NCBI GenBank assembly: GCA_964016885.1
Contig: OZ024743.1
Coordinates: forward strand, 347,324,001-347,388,000
DNA: 64,000 bases
From: Eledone cirrhosa
Lineage: Eukaryota
Direction: 5' to 3'
Under the pieces are notes generated by a model that saw nothing but the letters and a program-made list of their open reading frames with translations, ran no database searches and was not told the origin of the DNA. Below, piece by piece: positions 42,088-56,555 of this stretch. The position numbers were made by a program, and so were the translations under genes. The stretch's first letter is position 1. Each line of letters begins with the position of its first letter.

Positions 42088-42827
42088 TAAGGAGACTCAG
42101 ATATGAAATTACCGGTCATAAAAACGAATTAACAGACAGCAGGAGGTAGTGAGGTTATTGATATTGTTGTTGCTTTGGGGTTCAGGTCAGGTCTGACCGA
42201 GCAAGCTTATGTTTGAGATAGTTGAAAACAGCGGCGTAGGGTACCGGGGTTACGAGGTCAGGCAAATTGGCAGTGGGAGTGGCTAAAAGGATGTGGCGAG
42301 AAAAAGAGCGGTGTTTTTTGTGGTAGTGTTGGTGATTATAGTATTGTAGTGATAACGGATGTAGATAAAGTGATGGGAAAAGATTGTCATTGCAGAACTG
42401 CTATTTATCTCACTTTTCATTTTGGGGGTCATCACAAAAACAAAATAAAAAGTTGTAAATTAGTGAACCATGGTGGTATTTACTGGATGAAAATATTCTG
42501 CTTTCAAAGAAGATATCTTAGCCTTAGAGAAACAAAAAATAACATAAACAACAAAACAAATAAAACAATTGACCAACACTGTCGGAAAAAATCTTCCGTG
42601 AGGAATAGACAGAACAAAAAAAAAAAATGACACTAGAGAAAAGCAAAATCAGCGATGAGTCTCAGATAAAAGGAAAACAAAAACTGATGGAGCCCGGACT
42701 CGACTAGGTCAGTGCTTATTTCGGTTTCTTTGGCGAGAAGTGACTGGCAGTACAAGATCGTCCCCATGGCCTACTGGGACTTGTTTTTAGCTAAGTATAC
42801 TTGAACAACGTGAAATGAAGTGTTTTG

Positions 42828-42932
<105 letters not shown>

Positions 42933-43399
42933 CTATATATCTATGTAAAATGACAGGATGCCGGACGGGTTGAATTCTCACAATTGTTTATTACTGCAAA
43001 CACTATGCACATTTCACAGGCCAGGTTAATTACAATCCTGGTGACATCATCAGGTGTATATTGCATAATAGCTGTATACCAAAGGAAGGGTGGTAAACAC
43101 ATTCCAAGAGGCTTTGTTTTTGATTCAAAGGTGATCGTGGTAGCCTGTTGATCTCAGTTTGGATTGTCGCCCTCTCTCGGCTAGCCTCTTCCTCACACTT
43201 TCACTCACTCACTCTCTGCTACTCACACTTTCTTTCACTTCCTCCATCGTCCCACAGCATACGAGATTCCTTCTTCGCTCACATCCGCACGGCCAAGATG
43301 TGTCTTTGCCTTCTCGTCAATATTCGCATGTTCTTATATTTGAAATGAATTATTGACTTGATTTTCTCATTCTTTGCTATGTTTACGTTGCCTCACCAT

Positions 43400-43616
43400 T
43401 CATGTTTGTTTACCTGTCTCTCTTCCTCCACCCAATTTTTTTTATCCCAATAACTTAATTTAGTTATTATATTGCCCTAGCCGGAGGTATATGGTCTGTA
43501 ATGCGAAGAAATACCTATGATGGCTAGTAGACCAATGATGACGCATATTCCTGACATCTATTTCTATTTGTTCATTTATTATATATATCATAAATGCAAC
43601 AACACAGCTCGCCATT

Positions 43617-43620
<4 letters not shown>
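43400..43620 (+). mobile_element. Family A copy 2 (permuted HHR-like motif at 43485-43546)
   Basis: AGGTAT-A-TGGTCT-gta-ATGCG-aa-GAAA-TACCT...AGACCA-aTGATGA-CGCAT; ends in (AT)n. Confidence 0.8.
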
Positions 43621-43706
<86 letters not shown>

Positions 43707-44623
43707 ATTTTCCTCCCTTGGGTTGATTTCAAACTGATAAATGCAAAATAGCTTTTTTTGAAGATGGGATGGCCAGTGTAAAATACAAATCAAAGTATTC
43801 CATAGTTTAACAAAAGTTGATAACCACTGATCTAGAAGAAGGGTTTATTGCCAAGTCCTTCACACGGCCTCTGAGATCTGAGAGATAGATACTCTTGATA
43901 TTCCACTTAAACTTTTGAATCCATTCCACTTTTGATTCCACTTTTGACTCCCTGGTCTCATCCTGTCAATGGTTGTTTTAGACGAATATTGTGTTCGTTA
44001 CTGTTGTTATGGATATTATGATATAGTTTCGTATTTCGGCTACCCTGTGAAGCTGTTGTTGCTAGATAATCTATTTAACATTCCAGGTATGTCACATAGT
44101 TTATCCAGCACAAATAGTTTTTCCAAGACATTATCGAATGTGCGCTTTGTTTTTCTATAGTAATTAAATGAGATTTTATTGGAACTTGACATTTCAGTTC
44201 AAACGATCATTATGATTCCTCCCTTATAATTTACCCAGGATGTTATGCGATAGGTATTTGCTTTTAATCGGCTGAGATATGATTTAGGAAGCTTTGGCTG
44301 TTATTTCTAATAAGTTAAAACTAAAATAAATAGACTTTCATTTTACATCCAGAAAATCTGGAGTATTAATCTTATGTTGCTAACATTTTGTTTTTGTTGT
44401 TGTTATGAAATCTTGGATTCCCAACAGCTGTGTTCATTCATAATTCAATCTTCGTATGTAACTGATGATAGAAGTTCGCACCTACAAAACAAACAACCTT
44501 CTTATTTAATGTATAGCTCCGGTTTGGAAGTGGGTTGTATATCTTAAATGTCACACAGCGCACACAGACAGCCACACACACACACACACACACTCACATC
44601 TGTACACACAAGCACGCACACAC

Positions 44624-44689
<66 letters not shown>

Positions 44690-45200
44690 CCCAAAAATAT
44701 ATTGACGTATAATGCGTATATGTTTTATATTTAAATATGTAATCTGCTATATTATATGCATGGAATTTTAAATTGTCACATAAATAAAAAATGCAATCAT
44801 ATACACGGAAAGAGGTAGTGCTTGATTGACACGGTATAAGTGTGTGTGTGTGTGTGTATATGTATGTGTGTGTGTGTGTAAGTGTGTGTATGTTTCTATG
44901 CATGTGTGTATATGTGTATGTGTGCTTGCGTTTGTGTACTTTTTCTTTTTGTATGTTTTTATTGCTATATTCTTTCACGGATTTCAGTTATTAGAAAGCG
45001 GCCATGCTGGGAAAACGCATTGCTGTAATCGAATACAACAATTTTGTCAAGTTTGCTACATACTTTATCGATATCTTTTTGACGAACCTCTATGATATGC
45101 GTAATAAACATATACAGATGAAAACATAAACACGGGTATACACATATCACAAGCGCACGCACATACATGCACACACGTGCATACATACATATACATATTG

Positions 45201-45298
<98 letters not shown>

Positions 45299-45439
45299 AG
45301 TTAATATAAATTAATATATTTGATAAACACAAATACCAACATATTCATGTTTGTATTGTAAATGACCAAGTTAGCTAGATTGAAATATACTAATAATAAT
45401 AATACATTTTGCATGTCTCGTATATATATATATATATAT

Positions 45440-45585
45440 CGTGTCTGTTTACATGTCTTTTTCTTTCTCCGCCCAGTACTTTTTATCCCAATCACTTTTT
45501 ATAGGTATATTGTCTCTAACGCGCAGAAATACCTATGATTCCTAGTAGACAACTGATGACGGATAATCCTAACTTTTAATTGTTC

Positions 45586-45588
<3 letters not shown>
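45440..45588 (+). mobile_element. Family A copy 3 (permuted HHR-like motif at 45501-45564)
   Basis: ATAGGTAT-A-TTGTCT...GAAA-TACCTAT...AGACAA-CTGATGA; (TA)n on both sides. Confidence 0.8.
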
Positions 45589-45650
<62 letters not shown>

Positions 45651-46109
45651 TGTATATGTGTTATACTTCTGCAGTTCCATTTACCATTACCAATTTCGAC
45701 AAACGGGGGCCTTGTTAAATTCAAGGCTAGAAGACACTTTTCTAAGAATCGGTGGAGCGGGATTGCACCCTGAACTACGTAGCTGTGCGGTTACCTCCTG
45801 AATAACAATACCATGTTTGAACCTCACTCTCTAATGAGTGGGAAAAAATACAATCTGAGATTCTTCTCGCAATTTCGAAACCAAAACATTATTTAGGAAT
45901 TTTGCATTAGTCATTATTCGTTGAGCTAAGTGGCTTTTGGGGGTTGACAACATAAGATTTGTTGGTTCAAAATCCACATGAGATGGGACACCCCAGCGCC
46001 GCCTATGAGTGTGAAGTATATCAATTTCACGTCAACAGATGTATCTGAATCTCTTGCTGCAATTCGACGTGGCAAGATAGATATTCTCACGATAAAGTTT
46101 ACCTGTTGA

Positions 46110-46290
46110 TCTATATATATAAAACTGAGGTTGTCTGTATGTCTGTCTGCTTGTATACTAAAACGGTCGGCACATATCTCCTCCTAAACCGTATGATCAA
46201 ATTTCGCTGAAATTGCTACACTTATAGATGAAGGTCCGGCGGAGACATCGGTAAAAAAAAATTTAAAATTGACCCACACCAAGTGCAAAA
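46110..46290 (+). mobile_element. 5' part of a non-autonomous Helitron-like element
   Basis: A|TCTATATATATAAAACTGAGGTTGTCTGTATGTCTGTCTG start, similar to the element at 20655. Confidence 0.5.
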
Positions 46291-46308
46291 ATCGATAGAT
46301 AGATACGC

Positions 46309-46465
46309 ATAGGAAAAGAGTCAGCACCACGACGGCTGAGCTCTGGCCGTTTCGACAGCTAGATCCGAACAGAGTCTTTTCCTATTAGCCTCTCTCCTAC
46401 CTTAAGTATTGAGGACTCTGGTGCGTTATGGTCCAAATGGTCTCTTACCACACCATCTTTGTTTA
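46309..46465 (+). mobile_element. Diverged family B variant
   Basis: GACGGCTGAGCTCTGGCCGTTTCGAC and TAAGTATTGAGGACTCTGGTGCGTTATGGTCC, with a short inverted GGAAAAGA/TCTTTTCC. Confidence 0.75.
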
Positions 46466-46598
46466 TATATACATATTGAAAGGGACACAAACATCTGAGA
46501 CCCATAAGCAAACAACCGATGAGGGGAACTGTCTATGTCTATCTTTGTGTTTTCTTTACATTTCTAAACTCTCAGTCTCTCTCTCTCTCTTACTCTCT

Positions 46599-46636
<38 letters not shown>

Positions 46637-46637
46637 G

Positions 46638-46706
<69 letters not shown>

Positions 46707-47072
46707 CGGTTTCCCTTTTATCTGAACATGGAACCTCGTCCTTCTCCCAACTCTCACATTCACATACAGGCACATTCACATACAGGCACACACACACACT
46801 TACACCTATACCCATACACAAACACCACCTTCTGCCCTCCCCGCTCGGAACTCCTCCATATACCCTCTCTTCCCCGCCACACACCACCACCTCTACACGC
46901 CTCACACCCTTTCACCACTTGTTTATTTTTATTGTTATTTTTATTTTTATTTTTACTTTAAAAATATTTCCTTTACTCTCTAAAAACACTGTCCCCCCCT
47001 TTTAAATGTCTTTACTCACCTCCCACACACACCCTCGGAACTCTCTACCTACCCACTGTTCCCACTGTTCTC

Positions 47073-47103
47073 CTGATGATGGGCTTATGCCCAAAACGTC
47101 GTC
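47073..47103 (+). ncRNA. Degenerate HHR-like core
   Basis: CTGATGA-T-GGGC-ttat-GCCC-AAAA-CGTCGTC (G12 changed to A; stem I not evident), about 90 nt before (TA)n. A similar relic is at 14473-14496. Confidence 0.45.
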
Positions 47104-47190
47104 CCCCACCCCCACCCACTCTCAAGCGTGAAATTAATACTAATATCATTTGTACTGCCTCCATGATTTTTATTTTCTGTTCATTTATTA

Positions 47191-47259
<69 letters not shown>

Positions 47260-47764
47260 ATGATATTAAATAAATGGAAACTATATTTATAAAATCATAT
47301 TTATTCTATTATATGTATTTCAAGGGTACCAAATTTTGGTACGCTATCAGATAAAATGCGAAGTGTGTTTTATAAATGTTGACATAACCAAGGAGAATAT
47401 ACCTTAACGTTTCAAGTTATCCCTAGATAGTGAAGGGAAAAGAGAAGAAAAGTCAGATATTTCAAACTATTAAGATGAGTATACAAATGAGGTTTATGTA
47501 AAAGGGATGAAAAAAAACGTTATTTTAGACGCTATGGAAAATTTAAATAATTATGATAAGTTATGCGTAGGAAAGAAGAGAAAGGAAGGATAGCTAGCAT
47601 TTACGTTAATTTGGGGGAAAAGTTTTATTTACCTATAATATGAATTATAATATTGTATATAATCAATTAGATTATATGAAGAATTATGGTTGTAAGTATT
47701 TTATCTTATTACATTACGATAGGTTATATGTATATAAATATCAATATATATATATATTAATAAG

Positions 47765-48235
47765 GGGGTGGATTGGCAGTATCGGTAGAGAGTCGGACGC
47801 CATGCTTTGCAGCAAAGAGTTACCCCCCCCCTTTACGGTCTGAGTTTAAATCCCGCCGAGGTTAACTTTGCCTTTCAGGGGGACCTTAGCATAAAACAGC
47901 AGTAATGCACTGAGATAATTGCTGGCCTTGTGCTCAAAATAGAAACAATTATTAACATTAAATTTTGATTTGAGGTAGAGCTGGCTGTTTTTTCTAGTTG
48001 GCGCATATTTCATTATATCTTGTATCAAAGCAAAAATAATTTTCTAGAATGTTCCACAAGATTGTGGCAAAGAGTTACGGCCCTTTATGATCTGATTTCA
48101 AATCCCGCCGAGGTTAACTTTGCCTTTCATCCTCACGGGGTCGATAAAATAAAGTACCAGTCACGCACTGGGGTCGACTTAATCAACTTTCCCCTCCCCC
48201 AAAATCACTCGCCTTGTGTCTATATAAGAAACCAA
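47765..48235 (+). mobile_element. SINE interrupted by a copy of 41657-41893
   Basis: GCAAAGAGTTAC is duplicated at 47812-47823 and 48067-48078 around the insert. Confidence 0.85.
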
Positions 48236-48659
48236 TATATATATATTAATACATTGCGCATGTAATAGTTGTTTATATATGAAATATGAGTTACGAAGGA
48301 TGTTGAATTTGTGAGAGTAGAACAATTTGTGGATTCAAAAATTTTGTTCAACGATGAAAATGTTTTCAGAATATTGTTAATTTAGCGAATCAAACATAAT
48401 ATGTTTATGTTTGCAGGATTGAGAAAGAAAAGATAACTCCAATTTTGTTTGTTAACCATTAAATTAGAGAAAATGATATATCATTTTGTGTGAGATCCAT
48501 TATTTTAGTCGAAAGATGTGTGAATGTTTGAATAACAAAAAGAGAGAGGAAAAATGTAATGTGTATTTCGAAGAACTATCGTAAAGAGGATACATTTTCA
48601 GAATGTCATTTAATAATTATCAATCTACATCTAAAAATATATTTATAGGTGTGTCCTTA

Positions 48660-48850
48660 CAAAAATAATGTCGGAATTAAAAATAATAATGTCAGAATTA
48701 AAATAATGTAGAAAATTAAAATATTAAATATATATATTAAAAATATTATAAATATCAGAGATATTAAAATATTTATGAAATATTAAAAATATTAAAAAAT
48801 ATTAAAAAATATTAAAAATATTAAAAATATTTAAAAATTTACATTTAAAA
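48660..48850. repeat. AT-rich minisatellite (AAAATATTA-like)
   Basis: Direct observation. Confidence 0.8.
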
Positions 48851-48908
48851 TAAAAAAAAAGTAGGATCATTTTGAAGGTGTATAGGAATATCATAAATTT
48901 AAAATAGT

Positions 48909-49270
48909 TCAGAACGTGGAATTTTGGCGATGTTTGCAAGAAGAAAATAATTCTGTTCTTAGATTAATAGAGTTTTGACAGTTTATTATATAAAAAATGT
49001 CTTCGATACACAATGTACAGAATCTTGATAAAGCCGTATTTCGGTATGCAGTTGCTTCCGAAATCGTTCTCCAAGATATTGAATAGTCTATATTGTTGTC
49101 TTTTGAATCCCAGATTAGATGTGAAAATGAAGTATAAGATTTGTCATCAGATCTCCTAAATGTATGATTAAGGTTATTCCAGCTTTCTTTAAATTTTGTT
49201 GAAGTGGCACCATATAACCGTAAAGGTATATTCTCCTTTGTTATGTCAAAATTTATAAAACACACTTCGT
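48909..49270 (-). pseudogene. PLE-type GIY-YIG endonuclease remnant
   Basis: SVFYK (frameshifted)...LYGATSTKFKESWNN, SHLIWDSKDNNIDYSISW, CTLCIED and INLRTELFSSCKHR. Confidence 0.88.
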
Positions 49271-49329
49271 ATTTTATCTGATGATAGCGTACCAAAATTT
49301 GGTACCCTTGAAATATATATAATAGAATA
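49270..49329 (+). ncRNA. Complete minimal type I hammerhead ribozyme motif
   Basis: TATTTTAT-CTGATGA-T-AGcGTACCAA-aat-TTGGTACcCT-T-GAA-ATATATAT-A-ATAGAATA: 8-bp stem I, palindromic stem III, AUA triplet. Confidence 0.8.
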
Positions 49330-49465
49330 AATATGGTTTTATAAATATAGTTTCCATTTATTTAATATCATTGTATATTATACAACAGAAAAACTGTTGA
49401 GTGCTCTGAATCAGTTATAAACATTTATATTTTTTGAATTACCAACAAATTGAATATCCCTTCTG

Positions 49466-49616
<151 letters not shown>

Positions 49617-50333
49617 TATATTTATTAAAAACATCTTTGAAACACATTCAAACACATATTTATAATCATATAGGGATTACAAGTGTTAAATAAACCCTAT
49701 TGCAATGCTGAACAGTTTCAAAAGTACAGCAGACGTGAAAAGAAAGAGATTAATGTTGAGAAGAAATTAAATAAAACTAATCGCACTGTTGTTTACTTAA
49801 ACCCAAAATTGGTGAAATATTCATGCTGGGTGTTTTTTTAAATATTCATGATATATCACAGGCTTACTTTTCCCCCGTGCCCGTTTATTTTGTGTTATAG
49901 TGATGGCTGTACCTGTCATTGCTCTTGTTATTGTTCAGGTCAGTGTTGTTGCTGCTGTTCCCGCTTCTGTTTTGTTTTGTTTTTGTATGTTTCGCTAACA
50001 ATATGTTCTGGAAATTCTTATAATACTGATTTTCAATTTATATATCCTGGATTTTCCTGGTATCTTTTTCACCGAGCAGAAATATATGATCAGAAATGTT
50101 CAAGTAATGACGTCCAGTATATTCTCTTTTCAGTGTATATTTAGGACTATATTATCAAAAGATTCTCTTCTTTTCTCATATTTAAAGTCTGCAGTTTAGT
50201 GGCAATTTCATTGCTAATTGTTTCAAAGATACATCACAGAGAACTGTTCGCTGGCTTAAGCCATATAATGCTAATTTTTCGCTGTGGGTGTGTGTGTGTG
50301 TGTTTGTGTGTGTGCGTGTGTGTGTGTGTCTAT

Positions 50334-50409
<76 letters not shown>

Positions 50410-50432
50410 ACATATCGTTATTTCTGTTGCAG

Positions 50433-50616
50433 GGCGGTGGATTGGCAGTGTCGGTAGAGGGTCAGACACCATGCTTTCCAGCATAGTTACGTCCCTTTAC
50501 GATCTGAGTTCAAATCCTGCCGAGGTTGACTTTGCCTTTCATCCTTACGGGGTCGATAAAATAAAGTATCAGTAATGCATTGGGTAATTGCTGGCCTTGT
50601 GCCTAAAGTAGAAACA
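50433..50616 (+). mobile_element. Full-length SINE with a 16-bp TSD
   Basis: GTTATTTCTGTTGCAG at 50417-50432 and 50617-50632. Confidence 0.93.
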
Positions 50617-50769
50617 GTTATTTCTGTTGCAGATGTTGCTGTTGATGGTGGTAGTAGTGATGATGAAGGATAAGAATGGTTAGGAGATGGAGGAAGGCGG
50701 GGAATACGACTACAACGATGGAAAAGGTGAGGGATAAGTTCCACAATATATATACTTGTATATATATAG

Positions 50770-50853
<84 letters not shown>

Positions 50854-51075
50854 TATATAGATATATAGATAGATAGATACACACACACACACATATATAT
50901 ACATTAACTATTACGTTAACTATTTTCACATTTTGACGCTATAGTCACTTATATATTATGGAATACTGTTAGCTTCTCGCTACAATAATTTCTATACCTT
51001 TCATTTATATATATATATATATATATATGTGTGTTGCGGTTATTCTGGGGCACCGAATATATATATATATATATA

Positions 51076-51260
51076 TAACGAAGGAAATGTGGTAAGGAAC
51101 CAGGTGGACCATAACGCACCAAAGTACTCAATACTTGGGGTAGTAGAGTGGGTAATAGGAACCAGTAAGACCCCGACAGCTGAGCTCAAGCCGTTTCGAC
51201 GGCTAATTCTGAATTAGCCGTCGAAACGGCTTGAGCTCAGCTGTCGGGGTCTTACTGGTT

Positions 51261-51265
<5 letters not shown>
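51076..51265 (-). mobile_element. Family B copy 2
   Basis: Perfect 55-bp arms 51155-51209 and 51211-51265 with a 1-nt centre; (TA)n on both sides. Confidence 0.92.
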
Positions 51266-51310
<45 letters not shown>

Positions 51311-51617
51311 CGGTGTCCCAGAATAACCGCAACATATCGCCAGTTAAACTTTTATATATTGTCCATTTCTGTCTTAACGCTGCCGCACAACAGAAAAAAT
51401 ATCAGACAAAGTGTAATAATGGAACACATCAACTTCGTAATAGGTGAACAGGAAAGAAAACAGAACTATTGTGTGTGGGGAATAAAAACATAAAATATAA
51501 ACTAGGAATAATAAAAGTTGATACATTGATGGGGGAAATGGCGGCATTTATCAATAATATTTTTTTACATGTCTTTTACAAATAACAATTAAATACCGCT
51601 GTAGATAAATCTCTATG

Positions 51618-51685
<68 letters not shown>

Positions 51686-51913
51686 TTTATGTATGAATAT
51701 TTGTATGTGTGTGTGTTTGCGGTGTGTCAGTGTATATTGGTTTGAGTGTATATATGGATGTATTTATATTTATATACATATAAGTATATGTATATTTACA
51801 ATCACAAACACGTAAACACGCGTACACGTACACATATACACACATACTCACGCACACACATACACACGCACACACATACACATGCACACACATAAACACA
51901 CACACATATATAT

Positions 51914-52032
<119 letters not shown>

Positions 52033-52577
52033 CAGAGGGAGTGATAGACAAATAGATAGACGGATAGACAGATATATGTGTGGTGTACCACACAATGAAA
52101 AAAGAGAGATAGTGGAAAACCCCTATCTATCGATATACCAACTTGTATATCGACCTTTCTATCTATCTTCCGATCTCCGTGTATCTCACACTTTTTCTCA
52201 AGAGACACAATGACATCCACACACACACACACTCACACTCACGCACGCACAATCATATACACAAGCATTCACGCACCACAATGCACACATCTGGTTCTTG
52301 TGTCTGTATGTAGGTCATGTTCGTTTTATTGATTTACATTTTTTTTATATTCTTGGAACTGTGCGTGCATGGGTGTGTATATATTATGCATGCATGTGTA
52401 AAATTAATGATAAATATTGACAAATATTTAATATCCATCAATCTCTCTCACTGACATGGTTAACTCGAGTAAAATATCAATGATTTTTATTTGTGGCTTA
52501 CCTAAAGTACACTTGTACGTAGAGACACCCACTTTCACACAGACACACACACACATGTATATACATATATATATCTA

Positions 52578-52622
<45 letters not shown>

Positions 52623-52780
52623 GATAAGGGCATGTTTCCCTCCCTCTCTATATATATGTGTGTGTGTATGTGTGAGTGTGTGTGTGTGCATATATGTATC
52701 TGTAAGTTCATCCCGGGTTCAATCGGATGTAACCATAGTACATAAGGTACTCAATACATAGCACAGTATAAATATTTAAT

Positions 52781-52876
52781 ATAGAAATGGATTCTAACAG
52801 GACTAGAACTGTTTCATTCCTGATCATTTCTCCCGAATGAAACAGTTCTATTCCTGTAGAAGCCATTTATTTCTAT

Positions 52877-52877
<1 letters not shown>
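52781..52877 (+). mobile_element. Family F fold-back with an HHR-like core
   Basis: Arms 52781-52819 and 52835-52877; CTGATCA-T-TTC-tccc-GAA-T-GAAA; followed by (TA)n. Confidence 0.7.
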
Positions 52878-52940
<63 letters not shown>

Positions 52941-54544
52941 TGTGTACGTGTGTGTGTGTGCGTGTGTGCGTGCGAGATTGTGTGTGGGGGTGGTGGGGGG
53001 TTGTATAAATATATATATGTGAGTGTGTGAGTGTGTGTGTGTGTCTGTGTGTGTAATTGTCTGTATAAATATGCATATATATTAATGAATAAATATTGGG
53101 AAAAAGTTGGTAATTATTGATCAGGGACTCGCATGTATCGCCGTCTATCTCTTTACGACACCAGGGTACTTTACTAATCTTAATCAACTATAATTATCAA
53201 GTATTACTATAGTTATTTGCATTCTGGTGATTATATTTTCAAATGCACACAAACACACACACACAGACACTCACACATATATGTATGTATGTATGTATAT
53301 ACATATAGATATATATATATATGTGTGTGTGTGTGTGTATGTGTGTGTGTGAGAGGGAGGTAGTAGAAACGTTTCTATGATATGTACGAATTTAGTCATG
53401 ATGATAAAACAAGACAAGCACAGAAAATATATACAAGCACATACTTCGTATCCTATCATGACTAGATGCATCCTAGTTATTAAATGGATGAAAACGTCAG
53501 TAAATAACTCATAAAACACAACACAACATGCATCAATACTAACCACAAACTCATAATCAGTATGTATTAGAAAAATAACAAAACGAAAAAGAGATGCAAA
53601 ACATATCATTACCACAGAACTGGTAAATTACAGGCAGAACTGCAAATGATCAATCATGATCAATCATATTGGTTCAAACATTTTAATGTAAAAATGAAAT
53701 TTGTGAATTCATGAACCAAATTGTTGCGTCAATCACACAAGCACGACACTTTCACTGAGTTAATGAATTAGACAACTAGTATTTAGTTAAGCGATAGTAC
53801 TCAGGATCATAATAGAATTGATACGATTACTTCACCGGGCGACGCGTTATTTCATCTTGATTGTTTTAAGATGATGGTACTAGAAGCATGCAACCCTGTA
53901 GGATGGCAGTTAAAACTACATACATTTCAGAATCCTTAAACTTGAAGCAAAGTGAAATATATAAAATGTTTCAGATTGTTTCTCATCCAGTTAGTCTATA
54001 GCATTTTATATTACATAGGTTTATTCCGTTTTCTTTCAGAGTATCTCACCAAATAGTCTTTATTTATATAGATACACACATTAGTGGACTGACCTCACGC
54101 TACCAAGAATGCAATAGTTGCTTAATTGTTAACTGCGGTTGCTTACTTAATGGGTGTGAGTTCAACGTCCGGGTTCCTGCGTCTATATATTCTCTCTATT
54201 TAAACTAATAGAACAACATCGCAAAAGACCGATGTGCGCAAACAGCCAAAACTTTGAAACTAGGCCAACCAAGCTCAAGACACAAGTTTAATTTTCCTTT
54301 CTACAGCACATTCAGGTATTTTAAGAAATACATTTACCCTTAAACTGTAGCGAAAAATCACGCATATATTGATCGGTGAAATTTTGACATAATACTTAGC
54401 TAAATACGTAGCAAGCCAACACAAGTATTTATAGATTTTCATTCGACCTGTTAGAAATAGCTGCTAAAAACATACACACATCCTTAACAAGGGTATATTT
54501 GATAACATAACCCTAATATATTAAGTGAAATAAAACATTGTATT

Positions 54545-54969
54545 GTAAAATAATATAATTGTTTCTACTTTTGGCACAAGGCCAGCAATAACCCAGTCCA
54601 TTACTGGTACTTTATTTTATCGATCCCGTAAGGATGAAAGGCAAATTTAACCTCGGCGGAATTTGAACTTAGAATGGCAAGGGCCGTAACTCTATGCGTC
54701 AAAGCATGGGGTCCGACCCTCTACCGATACTGCCAATCCACCGCCCTCTGTAAAATATTATAATTGTTTCTACTTTTGGGACAAGGCCAGCAATTACCCA
54801 GTACATTACTGGTACATTATTTTATCGACCCCGTATGGATGAAAGGCAAAGTTAACCTCAGCGGGATTTGAACTCAGAATGGCAAGGGCCGTAACTCTAT
54901 GCGTCAAAGCATGGGGTCCGACCCTCAACCGATACTACCAATCCACCGCCCTCTGTAAAATATTATAAT
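54545..54969 (-). mobile_element. Tandem pair of SINEs, each flanked by TGTAAAATA(T/A)TATAAT
   Basis: Two near-identical units of about 205 bp. Confidence 0.92.
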
Positions 54970-55236
54970 GCAGCAAAATGTGTGGTGGAGTTGTTTTAGT
55001 GCTTATGGTAATCAAGTTTAAACAGCTCTTCGCTACACACACACACGCACACACATATATGTATTTATATTTTCATATACGTAGACGCAGACCACAAGTA
55101 AACGTACAAACACAGTTAAGCAACACACTACAAATAATATGTATATTAGTTTAGCGTTTGATATAGTAGGAAAGGTATTCTAACGTTTAGGACTCTAGTC
55201 ACTCATCTGAGTGTAAAATTATATATATATATATAT

Positions 55237-55322
55237 ATAGGAACGAGTAGGATCCCGACGGCTGAGCTCAAGCCGTTTGGACGGCTAATTCTGGACTAAC
55301 AATTTTTAGTCCAGAATTAGCC
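55237..55322. mobile_element. Family B copy 3 (partial), fused to a family C element
   Basis: One arm plus the hairpin GGCTAATTCTGGACTAA/TTAGTCCAGAATTAGCC. Confidence 0.85.
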
Positions 55323-55573
55323 ATTTTGGCGTAGGATAGAAGAAAGGAAAGGCACAGAAACGAAGAAAGAAATCCCCAGTCACTGAAGAGGTCACATAGT
55401 GTGTGACGAAAGAACTATGACTATATATATATAAACAACTATCTGGTTGTGGAACCAACCAACCAACCAGAAATTTATAAATTTGTAAATTTATAAATAT
55501 ATAATAAATTAAATTGAAGTGAAAGCAACTGGTGCGTGTGTTTCTTATTGGCAACATGACCCTCCCAAAGTAT

Positions 55574-55580
<7 letters not shown>
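55323..55580 (+). mobile_element. Family C element with a minimal type I HHR at 55378-55422
   Basis: AGTCA-CTGAAGA-G-GTCACAT-agt-GTGTGAC-GAAA-gaac-TA-TGACT. Confidence 0.85.
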
Positions 55581-55628
<48 letters not shown>

Positions 55629-55815
55629 AGAATGAATTCATATACGAATAGGTGTGTACTAGTATGTGCGTGAGTGTTTCACTGTGCATATGTATTGGAA
55701 GAATTTTACTTCAAGATGTGCAGTTAAAACACATCTGTATCAAGTATTTAATACTTTTGTATATTCACGTGTAAGTTTCCTTTCAGTGTGCATGGAACAA
55801 TAAAGTTTCCAAATC

Positions 55816-55852
<37 letters not shown>

Positions 55853-55930
55853 ATATATCTACATGTATACGTATATAGACACATACATACACGCATGCAC
55901 TCGCACACATATATATAAATCCATGTACAT

Positions 55931-55997
<67 letters not shown>

Positions 55998-56454
55998 TAT
56001 GATTGTGTGTGTATTCCTGTGCCTGTGGGCATGTGTATATAAGTATGTGTAAAGATATACGACTATATTTCAATAAATAATTAATGGCGTCTACAAAGGA
56101 GATATCTTTTCAGAATCCAGCTTACCTACATAATTTATTGTGGCAGGCTATTGAAATAAATGTTGCAATTCCGGCAGCCATATATAATATGAATAAATGA
56201 TTAGTCTTTGCATCATTTTCTGAATGATGTACACATAGATCATCAAATACACCTATAAAAATACACATGGACGCATAAACTTAGATACATATATACAAAA
56301 CCTCATAATCGAAAAATACATATATACACACTGATAGAAAAGTTAATGTATATATATATGTATATATATATATATATATGTATGTATATACTTAAATATA
56401 CAAAATAAACAGAAACGCAAGCCATACACATACACACCACGCACGCACGCACAC

Positions 56455-56555
<101 letters not shown>

